A stretch of 56,581 nucleotides of DNA from an uncultured Rubrivivax sp. Its GTDB lineage: Bacteria; Pseudomonadota; Gammaproteobacteria; Burkholderiales; Burkholderiaceae_C. The DNA is taken from assembly GCA_964446545.1 (NCBI GenBank), contig CAYUPF010000002.1:1-56581 (forward strand). Reading direction: 5' to 3'. Position 1 is the first letter of the stretch. Each line of letters starts with the position of its first letter. Below are positions 31,562 through 43,252 of this stretch, piece by piece. A program made the translations under genes and the position numbers. Under the pieces are notes generated by a model, which saw nothing but the letters and a program-made list of their open reading frames with translations, was not told the DNA's origin and ran no database searches.

Positions 31562-32955
31562 GCCTCTCCTCGGGACGGGTCTTCGGGTTCGGGTTGCACC
31601 TGCAGCGTCAGGCCCTGCATGCCGAGCACGCGCACGCGCTGCCCGGCATGCAGCGGCTGCTCGCAGCTGACGCGCCAGCGCTCGCCATGCACTTCGGCCC
31701 ACTCGCCGCCGCCCAGGGCCAGCACGGCGCCGCGCGCGCCGATCAGTTCCTCGCGGCCGCTGACCACCGGCCGGCGCCGCGAGCGCAGCGCCATGCCGCC
31801 GGCCAGCAGCACCACGGCTGCCGAACTGGCCGCAAGGCCCAGGATCAACGGCAGCGGCACGCCGAAGCCGGGAATGTCGCGGTCGAAGAGCAGCAGAGCG
31901 CCTGCGACGAAGGCCACGGCGCCGCCGACGCCGAGCACGCCGAAGCTGGGCGTCAGCAGTTCGGCGCCGATCAGCGCCAGGCCCAGCAGGATCAGCGCCA
32001 GCCCGGCGTAGTTGACCGGCAGCAGCTGCAGCGCGAACAGCGCCAGCAGCAGGCAGATCGCGCCCACCGTGCCGGGCACGCCGAAGCCCGGCGACGAGAA
32101 TTCGAAGATCAGCCCGTAGATGCCGATCATCAGCAGGATCAGCGCGAAGCTCGGGTTGGCGATCACCGACAGCAGGCGCTGGCGCCAATCGGGCAGCAGC
32201 ATTTCGACCGCGGCGCCGCGCGTGGCCAGCGTGATCTCGGCGCCGTGCAGCGGCACGCGGCGGCCATCCAACTGCTGCAGCAGGTCGTCCAGGTCGGTGG
32301 CGACGAGGTCGATCACCTTGTGCTGCAGGGCCTCGCTGGCGGTCAGGCTCACTGCCTCGCGCACCGCGCGTTCGGCCCATTCGGCATTGCGGCCGCGCTG
32401 CTGCGCCAGGCCGCGGATGAAGGCCGAGGCGTCGTGCACCTGCTTGGCCGTCATCGCGTCGGCGGCGCCCAGCGGGCTGTCGTCGCGCTTGTTTTCCGGC
32501 CCGCTGGCCGGCTTGTCGGCCGGCGGCGGCTTGCGTTCGCTGCCCGGCAAGCCGATGGCCACCGGCGTGGCCGCGCCCAGCGTCGTCGCCGGTGCCATCG
32601 CGGCGATGTGCGCCGCATACAGGATGTAGGTGCCGGCGCTGGCGGCACGCGCGCCCTCGGGGCTGACATACACCGCCACCGGCACGCGCGAGGCCAGGAT
32701 CGCCTGGATGATGTCGCGCATCGCCGTGTCCAGCCCGCCCGGCGTGTCCAACTCGATGACCAGCAGCGGCGCGCCGCGCTCGCCGGCCTGGGCGATGCCG
32801 CGCTTCAGGTAGTCGGCGCTGGCCGGGCCGATGGCATCGCGCAACTGCAGCACCAGCACCGGCGCCGCGGCCGCAGCCCACGACAGCAGCGCCAGCAGCG
32901 CCAGCAGCAGCGCGGCCAGGGTCGCGCGTGCAGGGCGGGCGAGCAGTCGTGGCAT
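31558..32955 (-). CDS. NfeD-family membrane-bound serine protease (long form)
   Basis: [21 protein letters not shown], a transmembrane region and a C-terminal OB fold; paired with the SPFH gene. Confidence 0.92.
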   Translation of the reverse strand: MPRLLARPARATLAALLLALLALLSWAAAAAPVLVLQLRDAIGPASADYLKRGIAQAGERGAPLLVIELDTPGGLDTAMRDIIQAILASRVPVAVYVSPEGARAASAGTYILYAAHIAAMAPATTLGAATPVAIGLPGSERKPPPADKPASGPENKRDDSPLGAADAMTAKQVHDASAFIRGLAQQRGRNAEWAERAVREAVSLTASEALQHKVIDLVATDLDDLLQQLDGRRVPLHGAEITLATRGAAVEMLLPDWRQRLLSVIANPSFALILLMIGIYGLIFEFSSPGFGVPGTVGAICLLLALFALQLLPVNYAGLALILLGLALIGAELLTPSFGVLGVGGAVAFVAGALLLFDRDIPGFGVPLPLILGLAASSAAVVLLAGGMALRSRRRPVVSGREELIGARGAVLALGGGEWAEVHGERWRVSCEQPLHAGQRVRVLGMQGLTLQVQPEPEDPSRGEA

Positions 32956-33116
32956 CGGTCAGGTCCCCAGGGCATTTCGATCGCTGCCGCAGGCGAAGGT
33001 TCGCGCTGCGATCGCACTCATGGCGCGCAGCCTACGCCGCGCCGCCCGATCGCGCCAGGGGCGGTGAACGCCGCAGCGCCGCCATGGGACTTTGGCACAT
33101 CGGCATCATTGCGGCC

Positions 33117-33665
33117 ATGCGAGACTGGATCCGACACCGCCTGCCCACCGAAGACACCCTGAAGGCCCACCCCAGCCTGCGCTGGATGGGGCCGCTGCTG
33201 CGCCGGCCCTGGCTGTGGCGGCTGAACCGGCGCAGCGTGGCGCTGGGCGCCGGCATCGGCGTGTTCTTCGGCTTCATGGTGCCGGTGCTGCAGATCGCCG
33301 GCGCCGCGGTGTTTGCCACGCTGCTGCGCGCCAACCTGCCGGTGGCCGCCTTCGCCACGCTGGTGTCCAACCCGCTGACCTACGCGCCGATCGGCCTGCT
33401 CGCCTACCAGGCCGGTGCGGCGCTGCTCGGCGAGGCGGTCGTGCCCGAGGCCGTGCAGGCGCTCGAGGAGGTCGACGAACTGCTGCCCGTCGTCCAGGCC
33501 GGCTGGTTCGAGAAGCTGCAGTCCATCGGCAAGCCGCTGATGCTGGGGCTGTCGGTATTCGCGGTGATCGGCGGCGTCGGCGCCTGGGCGCTGGTGTACA
33601 TCGCCTGGACGCTGGGCGTGCAGACGAAGCGGCGGCGGCGCCTGCGCCGGGCGCGTTCGGACTGA
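33117..33665 (+). CDS. DUF2062 membrane protein
   Basis: LWRLNRRSVALGAGIGVFFG, RANLPVA, VSNPLTYAP. Confidence 0.85.
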   Translation: MRDWIRHRLPTEDTLKAHPSLRWMGPLLRRPWLWRLNRRSVALGAGIGVFFGFMVPVLQIAGAAVFATLLRANLPVAAFATLVSNPLTYAPIGLLAYQAGAALLGEAVVPEAVQALEEVDELLPVVQAGWFEKLQSIGKPLMLGLSVFAVIGGVGAWALVYIAWTLGVQTKRRRRLRRARSD

Positions 33666-33675
33666 GCAGCTGGGC

Positions 33676-35712
33676 TCAGGGGCTCTTGGCCGACCGGCCG
33701 AAGGACAGCACCTGCAGGATGTTGCTGTAGTCGTCGGTCCAGGTGCGCGCGCCGCTGGGTGGCGCCAGCGCTGTCGCGGCTTCGGCGATCAAGGGCAAAT
33801 CCAGCACTGTGCGGTCGTTGGCCAGCAGCACCCAGTCCGACACCGAGGTGCTGGGGTCGCCTTCGACGCCGGCGTCGGCGACGTGCGCCGATTCCATGCC
33901 CAGTTCGGCAGCGATGCTGGCCACCACGGGCCGCAGATCCAGATGGTTGTTGCTGATGTGCAGCGCAATCACGCCGCCGGGCTTGATGCGCTGGCGATAA
34001 AGCTCGACCGCCTCGCGCGTGAGCAGGTGTACCGGAATCGAATCGCCGGAGAAGGCATCGACCACCAGCACGTCGAAGCGCCTGTCGGCGTCGGCCTGCA
34101 GCAGCAGCCGGCCGTCGCCGACGGCGATGTCGATCTCGGCGGCCGAATCGCCGACGAACGTGAAGTACTCGTGCGCGGCGCTGACGATGGCCTCGTCGAT
34201 CTCGTAGAAGCGGTAGCGGTCGCCCGCCTTGCCATAGGCGGAGATGGTGCCTGCACCCAGCCCCACGGCGCCGACCTCGATCGGCCGGTCGGCCAGTGCG
34301 GTGAGCAGGCGGCCCACGCCCGAATGGGCGGCGTAGTAGCTGGTCGGCCGCTGTCTGAACTGCGGTGCCAGGAACTGCTGGCCGTGCATGATGCTGCCGT
34401 GAATGAGCACGCGCTCGTGCGAGTCGGGCTTGTCGCGGCCGTATTCGCGCACGCGCAGCACGCCGTAGAAGTTGCGGCTGATGAAGCTGACTTCGTCGAG
34501 TGCGTCGTGCACGCGCATCGCGGTCGTGGTCACGGTGCCCAGCAGCACCAGGCCGGTTGCAGCCCGCCACGGCCGGCCCTGGCCCCACGAGCGCCACAGC
34601 AGCGCGGCGGCCAGCAGCACCAAGCCGATCTCGACCTCGAAGTAGCCGCGCAGCAGCGCCGGTGCGCCCAGCGCCACCAGCGCACCGCCGGCCACGCCGC
34701 CCGCCGACACCGCCAGGTAGAACTGCGTCAGCCGCGAAGGCGTGGGCCGGCTGCGCGCCAGCTCGCCGTGGCAGTACATGCACACCACGAACAGCCCGAG
34801 CAGGAAGGTGCCGATGTGCCAGCCGATGCCCTTGACCTGCCGCGTCAGCAGCAGCAGCGCGCACATCGCCACCAGCGCCAGCAGCGTGGCGGCGCGGTAG
34901 GCGCGCGGCGGGTACCAGCGGTCGGCATCGAAGCACAGCGTGAAGCTGAGCAGGTAGATGACCAGCGGCAGCACCCACATCATCGGGAACGAGGGGATGT
35001 TCTGCGTCAGGTGGTTGGTGAAGCCCACCAGCGCATAGCTGCCCAGCGCCGCCATCGCAAACCAGCCGAGCGTGCGCGCGGCGCCGGGCGCGGGGTCGTC
35101 GGCCGGCGCCGCGGCAGCGGCCGACGCACCCGCATGGCCGCGCCGGCGCAGGCTGATGGCGCACAGCGCCAGCACGTAGACGGCATAGGCCATCGACCAG
35201 GCGATGGCCTGCGAGGCGGTGTGCAGCCAGGGTTCGATCAGCCAGGGATAGGCCAGCAGCGCGGCCAGCGAGGCCAGATTCGACACCGCGAACAAGCGGT
35301 ACGGGTTGCCCTGCGTGCTGGCGCCGGCGCGCCAGGCCTGCAGCAGCGGGCTGGTCATGGCCAGCAAGGTGAAGGGCAGGCCGATGGTCAGCAGCAGCAG
35401 CCCGAGGATCTGCATGCCGGGCCCCCAGGCCTGAGAGCCGGGCCAGGGCGTCACCGGCACGATCGGCAGCAGTATCAGGCTGCCCAGCAGCAGCCCGATG
35501 TGCGTGAACTTGACAGCGCGGCTGCGGTCGCGCTGCACCAGGTGGTGCGCGAAGGCATAACCGAGCAGCAGCGCCGCCTGGAAGAACACCAAGCAGGTGG
35601 CCCATACCGCGACGCTGCCGCCGAAGCGCGGCAGGATCAGCTTGGCGATGATCGGCTGCACCAGGAACAGCAGGAAGGCACTGAGGAAGACGGTGACGCC
35701 GGTCAAGACCAT
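33676..35712 (-). CDS. Fused membrane domain / spermidine-synthase-like SAM-dependent transferase
   Basis: FLSAFLLFLVQPII, RNFYGVLRV, HGSIMHGQQ, VGLGAGT, GDGRL, VDAFSGDSIPVHLLT, WTDDYSN. Confidence 0.88.
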   Translation of the reverse strand: MVLTGVTVFLSAFLLFLVQPIIAKLILPRFGGSVAVWATCLVFFQAALLLGYAFAHHLVQRDRSRAVKFTHIGLLLGSLILLPIVPVTPWPGSQAWGPGMQILGLLLLTIGLPFTLLAMTSPLLQAWRAGASTQGNPYRLFAVSNLASLAALLAYPWLIEPWLHTASQAIAWSMAYAVYVLALCAISLRRRGHAGASAAAAAPADDPAPGAARTLGWFAMAALGSYALVGFTNHLTQNIPSFPMMWVLPLVIYLLSFTLCFDADRWYPPRAYRAATLLALVAMCALLLLTRQVKGIGWHIGTFLLGLFVVCMYCHGELARSRPTPSRLTQFYLAVSAGGVAGGALVALGAPALLRGYFEVEIGLVLLAAALLWRSWGQGRPWRAATGLVLLGTVTTTAMRVHDALDEVSFISRNFYGVLRVREYGRDKPDSHERVLIHGSIMHGQQFLAPQFRQRPTSYYAAHSGVGRLLTALADRPIEVGAVGLGAGTISAYGKAGDRYRFYEIDEAIVSAAHEYFTFVGDSAAEIDIAVGDGRLLLQADADRRFDVLVVDAFSGDSIPVHLLTREAVELYRQRIKPGGVIALHISNNHLDLRPVVASIAAELGMESAHVADAGVEGDPSTSVSDWVLLANDRTVLDLPLIAEAATALAPPSGARTWTDDYSNILQVLSFGRSAKSP

Positions 35713-35823
35713 GGGCGCCGATGCTAAGCGAGCATCGCCTGACGCCGCGCCAGCGAGTCGGCCTCGCGCCGCGGCTCGTCGCCGCGAATGCGCAGCAGGC
35801 GCAGCAGGCGCGTCGTCGATGAA

Positions 35824-36297
35824 CTATGCGTCGGCGTCGGCGTCGGCGGCGGCTTCGGTCTCGGGCGGCAGTGGCTGCTTGACGATGAGCACCGGCACCT
35901 GCGCGGCATGCAGCACCTCGTGCGACACCGAACCGAGCATCGCGCTGCGCAGCGTGCCCAGGCCGCGCGCGCCCATCACCACCATGTCGCAGCCGAAGTT
36001 CTCGAGGATGTCGATCAGCGTGTGCGCCGGGTCGCCCGCGGCGACCTCGATCTCGTGTTCCACGCCGGCCTCGCGCACCAGCGTGCGCGCCGGCTCGAGC
36101 AGGTTCAACCCGGCCTCGGCGCTGACCTTGTCGATGACCTCGGGGTCGTGCGCGAGCAGCATTTCGTACAGCGTGGCCGGCTCCTGCACGTTGGCCAGCA
36201 CCAGGCTGGCACGCAGGCCGTCCTGAACCATGCGCAGTGCCTGGCGCACCGCTTCGAGCGAGGCGGCCGAACCATCGACCGGGACTAGGATCTTCAT
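35824..36297 (-). CDS. Universal stress protein
   Basis: KILVPVDGS, VVMGARGLG...LGSVSHEVLH. AAGGAG spacing favours the ATG at 36297. Confidence 0.92.
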   Translation of the reverse strand: MKILVPVDGSAASLEAVRQALRMVQDGLRASLVLANVQEPATLYEMLLAHDPEVIDKVSAEAGLNLLEPARTLVREAGVEHEIEVAAGDPAHTLIDILENFGCDMVVMGARGLGTLRSAMLGSVSHEVLHAAQVPVLIVKQPLPPETEAAADADADA

Positions 36298-36381
36298 GCG
36301 CCACATCTCCTTCGATCACCGCGTGGAGTGTGACATGGCGCGGCGCGGCGGCATGGAATACTGGGCGCAGGACAAGCCGCC

Positions 36382-36777
36382 GTGAACACCGCCAGCCCCG
36401 CCGCCAACCCCTTTGCCGAGCCGATGCCGCCGCTGCGCATGTTCTTCGGCCTGCGGGGTCGAGTGTCGCGCCGGCAGTTCTGGCTGTACGGCGTGCTGAC
36501 GCTGGGCGGGCTGGCGCTGTTGGGCCATGCGCTGCTGGGCATCGCGCGCGTGCCCTCGCGCCATGCCGAGCTCATCGTCAACCTGCTGCTCGTCTGGCCG
36601 GCGCTGGCGGTGTCGGTGAAACGCTGGCACGACCGCAACAAGTCGGGCGGGTGGGTGCTGCTGAACCTGCTGCCAGTGATCGGCTGGCTGTGGGCGCTGA
36701 TCGACAACGGCTTTCTGCGCGGCACGCCCGGGCCGAACCGTTTCGGCGAGGACCCGCTGGCCGCCTTGCACGCGTAG
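36382..36777 (+). CDS. DUF805 membrane protein
   Basis: GRVSRRQFW, VKRWHDRNKSG, GTPGPNRFG. Start is uncertain. Confidence 0.87.
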   Translation: MNTASPAANPFAEPMPPLRMFFGLRGRVSRRQFWLYGVLTLGGLALLGHALLGIARVPSRHAELIVNLLLVWPALAVSVKRWHDRNKSGGWVLLNLLPVIGWLWALIDNGFLRGTPGPNRFGEDPLAALHA

Positions 36778-36805
36778 GCAGGGCTTCGTTGCCTGTTCTC
36801 CGGCG

Positions 36806-38050
36806 TCAATACCTTCCCGTGATGCCGGCCACGCGCAGGTAGAGATGTGCACACCAGGCAATCAAGCCGCGCGACGCCCAGCGCCGCCAGCCCTCGCGCA
36901 GCGGCGCGGCCTTGACCTCCTGCGAGGCGGCGATGGCCTGGTCCAGCCGCAGGCGCACCAGCTGCGCAAAGGCCTCATCCAGCACCACCGCATTGGCTTC
37001 CAGGTTGAGCAGCAGCGACAGCGGGTCGATGTTGGAGCTGCCCACCGTGGCCCAGTCATCGTCGACCACCGCCACCTTGGCATGCAGGAAGGCGGGCGTG
37101 TATTCGTAGATGCGCACGCCCTGCGACAGCAGCTCGTCGTAGAGCACGCGCGCCGCCAACGCCGCCAGCGGATAGTCCACCTTGCCCTGCATCAGAAGAC
37201 GCACGCGCACACCGCGCTTGGCGGCCGCGAGCAGGCTGCGCCTGAAGGCGCGGCGCGGATAGAAGTACGGGCAGGCGATGTCGACGCTGCGGCGCGCGGT
37301 GCGCACGGCTTCGATGTAACGGCGTTCGATGGCGCGCCGCCCGCTCAGGTTGTCGCGCACCACGAAGGCCACGCGCACCGGCCGCAGCGTGTGCGCCGGC
37401 AGCGAGCCCGACGGCGGACTGTGGCGCAGCTCGCGCAGCAGCTGCAACGTGTCGGCCACCGGCCGGCGGCTGCGCGCCAGCGCGCCGACTTCGCTGCGCC
37501 ATTCGTGGCCCAGCCGCGCGCGCGCCACCAGTGATTGCACCAGGTGCTGCACCTGCGGCACCACCGGGCCGCGCAGCTCGATGGCAAAATCCAGCCGCGG
37601 CCGTTCGCTGCGGCCATGGTTCAGGTCGTTGCGGTCGTCGAGGATGTTGATGCCGCCGACGAAGGCCACTGCGTCGTCGACCACGCACAGCTTGTGATGC
37701 AGCCGCCGCAGCTGCGCGGGCTGCAGCCAGGCCGACCAGCGGTCGAGCGGCCGGAACACGTCCAGCTGCACGCCGTTGGCGGTCAGCCAGCGCCGCAGCG
37801 CCGCTATCGACGCCATCGAGCCGAAGCCGTCGACCACCACGTGCACCTCGATGCCACGCCGCGCCGCCGCGCACAGGGCCTCGACCATGGTCTGGCCGGC
37901 CTCGTCGTCGTCGTGGAAAATGTAGCTGGCCAGCCAGACCTGCCGTTGCGCGGCAGCCATGGCGCGCTGCATGGCGGGGAACAGCTCGTCGCCGCCTTGC
38001 AGCAGTTCGACCCTGTTGTCGCCGACGAAGGCGGCGCCGCCTTCGGGCAC
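36806..38050 (-). CDS. clsB: Cardiolipin synthase ClsB (PLD family)
   Basis: Two HKD motifs (HHKLCVVD and HAKVAVVD), GGINI, VGSSNIDPLS. Confidence 0.9.
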   Translation of the reverse strand: MPEGGAAFVGDNRVELLQGGDELFPAMQRAMAAAQRQVWLASYIFHDDDEAGQTMVEALCAAARRGIEVHVVVDGFGSMASIAALRRWLTANGVQLDVFRPLDRWSAWLQPAQLRRLHHKLCVVDDAVAFVGGINILDDRNDLNHGRSERPRLDFAIELRGPVVPQVQHLVQSLVARARLGHEWRSEVGALARSRRPVADTLQLLRELRHSPPSGSLPAHTLRPVRVAFVVRDNLSGRRAIERRYIEAVRTARRSVDIACPYFYPRRAFRRSLLAAAKRGVRVRLLMQGKVDYPLAALAARVLYDELLSQGVRIYEYTPAFLHAKVAVVDDDWATVGSSNIDPLSLLLNLEANAVVLDEAFAQLVRLRLDQAIAASQEVKAAPLREGWRRWASRGLIAWCAHLYLRVAGITGRY

Positions 38051-38857
38051 CTAGGGCCGCTCCAGCTCGGCGAGCAGCGGCAGGTGGTCCGACATGCGCG
38101 CCCAGGCGGTGCCGCGCGGCACGGCGGTGGTGCGGCACACCAGCCCGCGGGTGTAGATGCGGTCCATGGCGAAGACCGGCACGCGCGACGGGAAGGTCAG
38201 CCGCTGCGCGGCCTGGTCCATCAGCGAACCGGCTCGCGTCAGGCCGAGCTCGCGCATCGGCGCATCGAGCTTCTCGCCCCAGTCGTTGAAGTCGCCGGCA
38301 ACGACCAGCAACTCGTCGGCCGGCACGTGCAAGGCCAGGAAGTCCGCCAGGCGCTGCACCTGGCGCACGCGGCCGCGATGTGCCAGGCCGAAGTGCACCA
38401 CCACCGCGTGCAGCCGCTGGTCGTTCCAGCGCACCGGCACATGCAGCAGGCCACGCTGCTCGAAGCGGTGGTCGCTGACGTCGTGGTGGCCGATGTCGCC
38501 CAGCGGCCAGCGCGACAGCAGCGCGTTGCCATGCTCGCCGTGGCGCGTGATGGCGTTGGTGCGGTAGGCGACGTCGTAGCCTTCGGGCGCGAGAAAGTCC
38601 GCCTGGCCGCCGTCGGGCCAGCCGAACCAGGTGCGCTCGAACTGGCGCGCATCGCGGTGGTTGAACAGGCGCACCTCCTGCAGGAACACCAGGTCGGCAT
38701 CCAGCGCTTCGACACCCAGGCCCAGGTTGTGGATCTCCAGCCGCTTGCGCGGCCCGACGCCGCGCACGCCCTTGTGGATGTTGTAGGTAGCCACGCGCAG
38801 CGTGCCCAGATCGAATTGCGTGGATGCGGCGAAACCGGGCGAGGTGTAGGGATTCAT
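38051..38857 (-). CDS. Endonuclease/exonuclease/phosphatase (YbhP-like)
   Basis: ATYNIHKG, FLQEV, HGNALLSR, AGDFNDW, SDHLPL. Confidence 0.9.
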   Translation of the reverse strand: MNPYTSPGFAASTQFDLGTLRVATYNIHKGVRGVGPRKRLEIHNLGLGVEALDADLVFLQEVRLFNHRDARQFERTWFGWPDGGQADFLAPEGYDVAYRTNAITRHGEHGNALLSRWPLGDIGHHDVSDHRFEQRGLLHVPVRWNDQRLHAVVVHFGLAHRGRVRQVQRLADFLALHVPADELLVVAGDFNDWGEKLDAPMRELGLTRAGSLMDQAAQRLTFPSRVPVFAMDRIYTRGLVCRTTAVPRGTAWARMSDHLPLLAELERP

Positions 38858-39318
38858 GGCGTCGGCGCTGGCAGGAAGCGCGGCAGCTGCAGGATGGCTT
38901 CGGCGTTGCTGGGCGAGAAGCAGCGGTCGGCCGCCTCGCGCCACGGGTGCCAGGCGAAGCGCAGATGCTCGCGCGGATTCAGCCGCACCGGCGTGCCAGG
39001 GGCGACGGTGAGGCCGAAGACATGCTCGGTGTTGTGCGTCACGCCGGGGGCATAGCGGTGGCGCCACACCGGGTAGATCTCGTAGACGTTGCGCAGCCCC
39101 CAGTCGCGCAAGGCCACACGCGGTGCGGCGGTGCTGCCGATGGCGATGCCGGTTTCTTCCTCGACCTCGCGCACGCAGGTGTCTTCCAAGGGCTCGTCCA
39201 GACGGTCCTTGGAACCGGTGACGCTCTGCCAGAAGCCGGGCTTGTCGGCGCGTTCGATGAGCAGCACCTGGCGCTGCGGCGTATGGATGATCACCAGCAC
39301 CGACTGCGGAATCTTCAT
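38854..39318 (-). CDS. nudB: Dihydroneopterin triphosphate diphosphatase (Nudix)
   Basis: KIPQSVLV, WQSVTGS, REVEEETGI, WRHRYAPGVTHNTEH. Confidence 0.92.
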   Translation of the reverse strand: MKIPQSVLVIIHTPQRQVLLIERADKPGFWQSVTGSKDRLDEPLEDTCVREVEEETGIAIGSTAAPRVALRDWGLRNVYEIYPVWRHRYAPGVTHNTEHVFGLTVAPGTPVRLNPREHLRFAWHPWREAADRCFSPSNAEAILQLPRFLPAPTP

Positions 39319-39348
39319 GCCGCCCAGCATAGCGCGGCGCACCGGCGC

Positions 39349-40683
39349 CTACGCGCTGGCGTCGAGCCGGCCGATGGCGTGGTATTCGATGCCCGAGGAG
39401 CGCACCACCGGCGGCGAGAACATGTTGCGCCCGTCGAAGATCACGGGTTGGCGCAGGGTCGTACGGATGCGCTCGAAGTCGGGGCTGCGGAATTCCTTCC
39501 ACTCGGTGACGATGACCAGCGCATCGGCGTCCTGCAAGGTGTCGGTGGCGCTGGCCGCGAAAGCCAGCGATGGCGACACAGGCAGCACACGCCGCGCTTC
39601 GGTCATGGCGACCGGGTCGTAGGCCTGCACGCGGGCGCCGCGCGCCAGCAGCTCGGCGATCAGCACGCGGCTCGGCGCCTCGCGCATGTCGTCGGTGTTG
39701 GGCTTGAAGGCCAGGCCCCACAGCGCGAAGCAGCGGCCCGACAGGTCATCGCCGAAGCGCCGCACGATCTTCTCGGTCAGCACGCGCTTCTGCGCCTCGT
39801 TGGCGTCTTCCACCGCGCGCAGCACCTGCAGGGCCCGGCCGGATTGCTCGGCGGTGTGGATCAGCGCCTTCACGTCCTTGGGAAAGCAGGACCCGCCGTA
39901 GCCGCAGCCGGCATAGAGGAAGCCGAAGCCGATGCGCGGGTCGCTGCCGATGCCCAGCCGCACCTGCTCGATGTCGGCGCCGACGCGTTCGGCCAGCAGC
40001 GCCATCTCGTTCATGAAGGAGATGCGCGTGGCCAGCATGGCGTTGGCGGCGTATTTGGTAAGCTCGGCCGAGCGCACGTCCATCACCACCAGCTTGTCGT
40101 GGTTGCGCTGGAAGGGCGCGTAGAGCTCGCGCATCAGCCGGATGGCCTGCGCGTCGTCGGCGCCGACGATGATGCGGTCGGGCCGCATGAAGTCGTCGAC
40201 CGCCGCGCCTTCCTTGAGGAACTCGGGGTTCGACACCACCGAGTAGTCGATCGCCGCGCCGCGCTGCGCCAGCGCCTCGGCGATGGCGGCGCGCACCTGG
40301 TCGGCGGTGCCCACCGGCACGGTGCTCTTGTCGATCACCACCTTGTAGTCGCTCATGTGGCGGCCGATGTTGCGCGCTGCCGCCAGCACATACTGCAGGT
40401 CGGCCGAGCCGTCCTCGTCGGGCGGCGTGCCCACGGCGATGAACTGCAGCGTGCCATGGGCCACGGCGCGTTCGACGTCGGTGGTGAAGCTCAAGCGCCC
40501 GGCGGCCACGTTGTGCGCGACGATGTGGTCCAGCCCGGGCTCGTGGATCGGGATGCCGCCGGCTTCGAGCAGCGCGATCTTCGCGGCATCGACGTCCAGG
40601 CAGACGACATGGTTGCCCATCTCGGCCAGGCAGGCGCCGGAAACCAGGCCGACGTAGCCGGTGCCGATCACGGTGATTTTCAT
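39349..40683 (-). CDS. ugd: UDP-glucose 6-dehydrogenase
   Basis: [43 protein letters not shown]. Confidence 0.93.
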   Translation of the reverse strand: MKITVIGTGYVGLVSGACLAEMGNHVVCLDVDAAKIALLEAGGIPIHEPGLDHIVAHNVAAGRLSFTTDVERAVAHGTLQFIAVGTPPDEDGSADLQYVLAAARNIGRHMSDYKVVIDKSTVPVGTADQVRAAIAEALAQRGAAIDYSVVSNPEFLKEGAAVDDFMRPDRIIVGADDAQAIRLMRELYAPFQRNHDKLVVMDVRSAELTKYAANAMLATRISFMNEMALLAERVGADIEQVRLGIGSDPRIGFGFLYAGCGYGGSCFPKDVKALIHTAEQSGRALQVLRAVEDANEAQKRVLTEKIVRRFGDDLSGRCFALWGLAFKPNTDDMREAPSRVLIAELLARGARVQAYDPVAMTEARRVLPVSPSLAFAASATDTLQDADALVIVTEWKEFRSPDFERIRTTLRQPVIFDGRNMFSPPVVRSSGIEYHAIGRLDASA

Positions 40684-40693
40684 GCGGGTGTCC

Positions 40694-41767
40694 TCATGGT
40701 TGCGCGGTCGTGCCCGCGCCGTAGTGTCGTGCCAGCCAGTCGCGGTAGGCGCCGCTCTGCACGCGCCGCACCCAGCCCTCGTTGTCCAGGACCCACTGCA
40801 CCGTCTTGCGGATGCCGGTCTCGAAGGTCTCGGCCGGGCGCCAGCCCAGTTCGCGCTCGATCTTGCGCGCGTCGATCGCGTAGCGCCGGTCGTGGCCGGG
40901 GCGATCGGTGACGAAGCGGATCAGCCGCCGGTACGCACCGGCCGGGTCGGGACGCAGTTCGTCGAGCAACGCACAGACCGTGTCGACGATCTGCCGGTTG
41001 GTGCGTTCGTTCCAGCCGCCGATGTTGTAGACCTCGCCGGGTCGCCCCTTTGCCAGCACAGCGCGGATGGCGCTGCAATGATCCTTGACATAGAGCCAGT
41101 CGCGCACGTTCAGCCCGTCGCCGTAGATCGGCAGCGGCTTGGCCGCCAGCGCGTTGACGATCATCAGCGGGATCAGCTTCTCCGGAAAGTGGAAGGGGCC
41201 GTAGTTGTTGGAGCAGTTGGTGGTCAGCACCGGCAGCCCGTAGGTGTGGAACCAGGCGCGCACCAGGTGGTCGCTGGCCGCCTTGCTGGCCGAGTACGGG
41301 CTGTTCGGCTGGTAGGGGTGGGTCTCGGTGAAGGCCGGATCCTCGGGCCCGAGGCTGCCGTAGACCTCGTCGGTGGACACGTGGTGGAAACGGAAGGCCT
41401 CGCGTTCGGTCGGCGGCAGGCCGCTCCAGTAGGCGCGGGCCGCCTCCAGCAACGTGAAGCTGCCTTCGACGTTGGTGCGCACGAAGGCCGCCGGGCCGTG
41501 GATGCTGCGGTCGACATGGCTTTCTGCAGCGAAATGCAGCACGGCGCGCGGCCGGTATTCGGCCAGCAGCCGGTCGAGCAGCGCACGGTCGCAGATGTCG
41601 CCATGCACGAACACATGCCGCGCATCACCCTCGAACGCGGCCAAGTTCTCCATGTTGCCGGCATAGGTCAGCGCGTCCAGATTGAGCACCGGCTCGTCGC
41701 CGTGCGCCAGCCAGTCCAGGACGAAGTTGCTGCCGATGAAGCCGGCGCCGCCGGTGACGAGGATCAT
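40694..41767 (-). CDS. rfbB: dTDP-glucose 4,6-dehydratase
   Basis: [39 protein letters not shown]. Confidence 0.96.
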   Translation of the reverse strand: MILVTGGAGFIGSNFVLDWLAHGDEPVLNLDALTYAGNMENLAAFEGDARHVFVHGDICDRALLDRLLAEYRPRAVLHFAAESHVDRSIHGPAAFVRTNVEGSFTLLEAARAYWSGLPPTEREAFRFHHVSTDEVYGSLGPEDPAFTETHPYQPNSPYSASKAASDHLVRAWFHTYGLPVLTTNCSNNYGPFHFPEKLIPLMIVNALAAKPLPIYGDGLNVRDWLYVKDHCSAIRAVLAKGRPGEVYNIGGWNERTNRQIVDTVCALLDELRPDPAGAYRRLIRFVTDRPGHDRRYAIDARKIERELGWRPAETFETGIRKTVQWVLDNEGWVRRVQSGAYRDWLARHYGAGTTAQP

Positions 41768-41774
41768 GCTGTGT

Positions 41775-43220
41775 TCAGCCGCGGCCGTAGTGGTCTTCGA
41801 AACGGACGATGTCGTCCTCGCCCAGGTAGCTGCCGGACTGCACCTCGATGATCTCCAGCGGCACCTTGCCGGGGTTGGCCAGGCGGTGCACCTGGCCCAG
41901 CGGGATGTAGGTGCTCTGGTTCTCGCCGAGCAGCATCACCTGATCGCCGTTGGTGACCTCGGCCGTGCCGGAGACGACGATCCAGTGTTCGGCACGATGG
42001 TGATGCTTCTGCAGGCTCAAGGACGCGCCGGGCTTGACCATGATGCGCTTGACCTGGAAGCGCGCTCCCGAGTCGATGCTGTCGTACCAGCCCCAGGGCC
42101 GATGCACCTGCCGATGCAAGGTGTGCTCGCTGCGCTCGGCGCGCTGCAGCTCGCCGACGATGATCTTCACTTCCTGGCTGCGCGAACGGTCCGCCACCAG
42201 CACCGCATCGGGTGTCTCGACGACGACCACATCCTGCAGGCCGATGACGCCGACCAGGCGGCTGGTGGCATGCACCATCGTGTCCCGGCAGTCGCTCAGC
42301 AGCGCATCGCCCTGGGTGGCGTTGCCGGCCGCATCCTTGGGGCTCACCTGCCAGACGGCATCCCAGGCACCGAGGTCGGACCAGGCCGCCGTCAGCGGCA
42401 CCATGCGGATGTCGAACTCGGCCGCGGCCGGGCACTGTTCCATCACGGCGTAGTCGACCGACTCGCTCGGGATGGCCGCGAACAGTGCCTTGTCGGGGCG
42501 CACGAAGCTGGCGTCGACGCTGCGGCCCTCCCAGGCCAAGCGCGTGGCGGCCAGGATGTCGGGTCGGAACTGGCCCAACGCCTTCAGCCACAACGAGGCG
42601 CGTACCACGAACATGCCGCTGTTCCAGTAGTAGCCACCTTCGTCGAGATAACGCTGGGCGGTGGCCGCGTCGGGCTTTTCGACGAAGCGTGCGACCTTCA
42701 TCTCGCCCTGCGGGCTGCGCTCGCAGCGGATGTAGCCGTAGCCGGTTTCCGGCCGGTCGGGCGCTACGCCGAGGATCACGAAGGCCTCGCCCGAGGCGGC
42801 ACGCACGGCACGCTGCAGCGCCGCGGTGAAGGCAGCCTCGTCGCCGATGCTCTGGTCGGCGGGCGTCACCACCAGCACCGGGTCACGGCCTTGCTGCGTG
42901 GCCTGCAGCGCGGCCAGCGTCATTGCCGGTGCGGTGTTGCGTCCTGCGGGTTCCAGCAGCAGTGTCGCCGGCGGCAGGCGCAGACCGGCCAACTGATCCA
43001 GCACCAGGAATCGATGGTCTTCGTTGCCGACGACACACAGGCCGCCGACCTGGATGTCGGCGGCGGCCAGTGAGTGCAGGCGCTGCGCCGCTTGCTGGAA
43101 CAGGCTCAGCTTGCCGTGCAGCGCCAGGAATTGCTTCGGATAGGTGGCACGCGACAGCGGCCACAGCCGCGTGCCGCTACCGCCGGCGATGACGACGGGC
43201 TGCAGATCGATGGCGCTCAT
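41775..43220 (-). CDS. manC: Mannose-1-phosphate guanylyltransferase / mannose-6-phosphate isomerase
   Basis: [42 protein letters not shown] cupin. Confidence 0.94.
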   Translation of the reverse strand: MSAIDLQPVVIAGGSGTRLWPLSRATYPKQFLALHGKLSLFQQAAQRLHSLAAADIQVGGLCVVGNEDHRFLVLDQLAGLRLPPATLLLEPAGRNTAPAMTLAALQATQQGRDPVLVVTPADQSIGDEAAFTAALQRAVRAASGEAFVILGVAPDRPETGYGYIRCERSPQGEMKVARFVEKPDAATAQRYLDEGGYYWNSGMFVVRASLWLKALGQFRPDILAATRLAWEGRSVDASFVRPDKALFAAIPSESVDYAVMEQCPAAAEFDIRMVPLTAAWSDLGAWDAVWQVSPKDAAGNATQGDALLSDCRDTMVHATSRLVGVIGLQDVVVVETPDAVLVADRSRSQEVKIIVGELQRAERSEHTLHRQVHRPWGWYDSIDSGARFQVKRIMVKPGASLSLQKHHHRAEHWIVVSGTAEVTNGDQVMLLGENQSTYIPLGQVHRLANPGKVPLEIIEVQSGSYLGEDDIVRFEDHYGRG

Positions 43221-43252
43221 CGGGGTATCTCTCATAGGGAAGTAACTTGAGC

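Noticed and set aside
32883..32913. CAGCAGCGC tandem repeats in nfeD
   Set aside because: They simply encode the Leu/Ala-rich signal peptide.
35828..35853. GCGTCG tandem repeat at the end of the USP gene
   Set aside because: Short low-complexity coding tail (AAADADADA) with no sign of phase variation.
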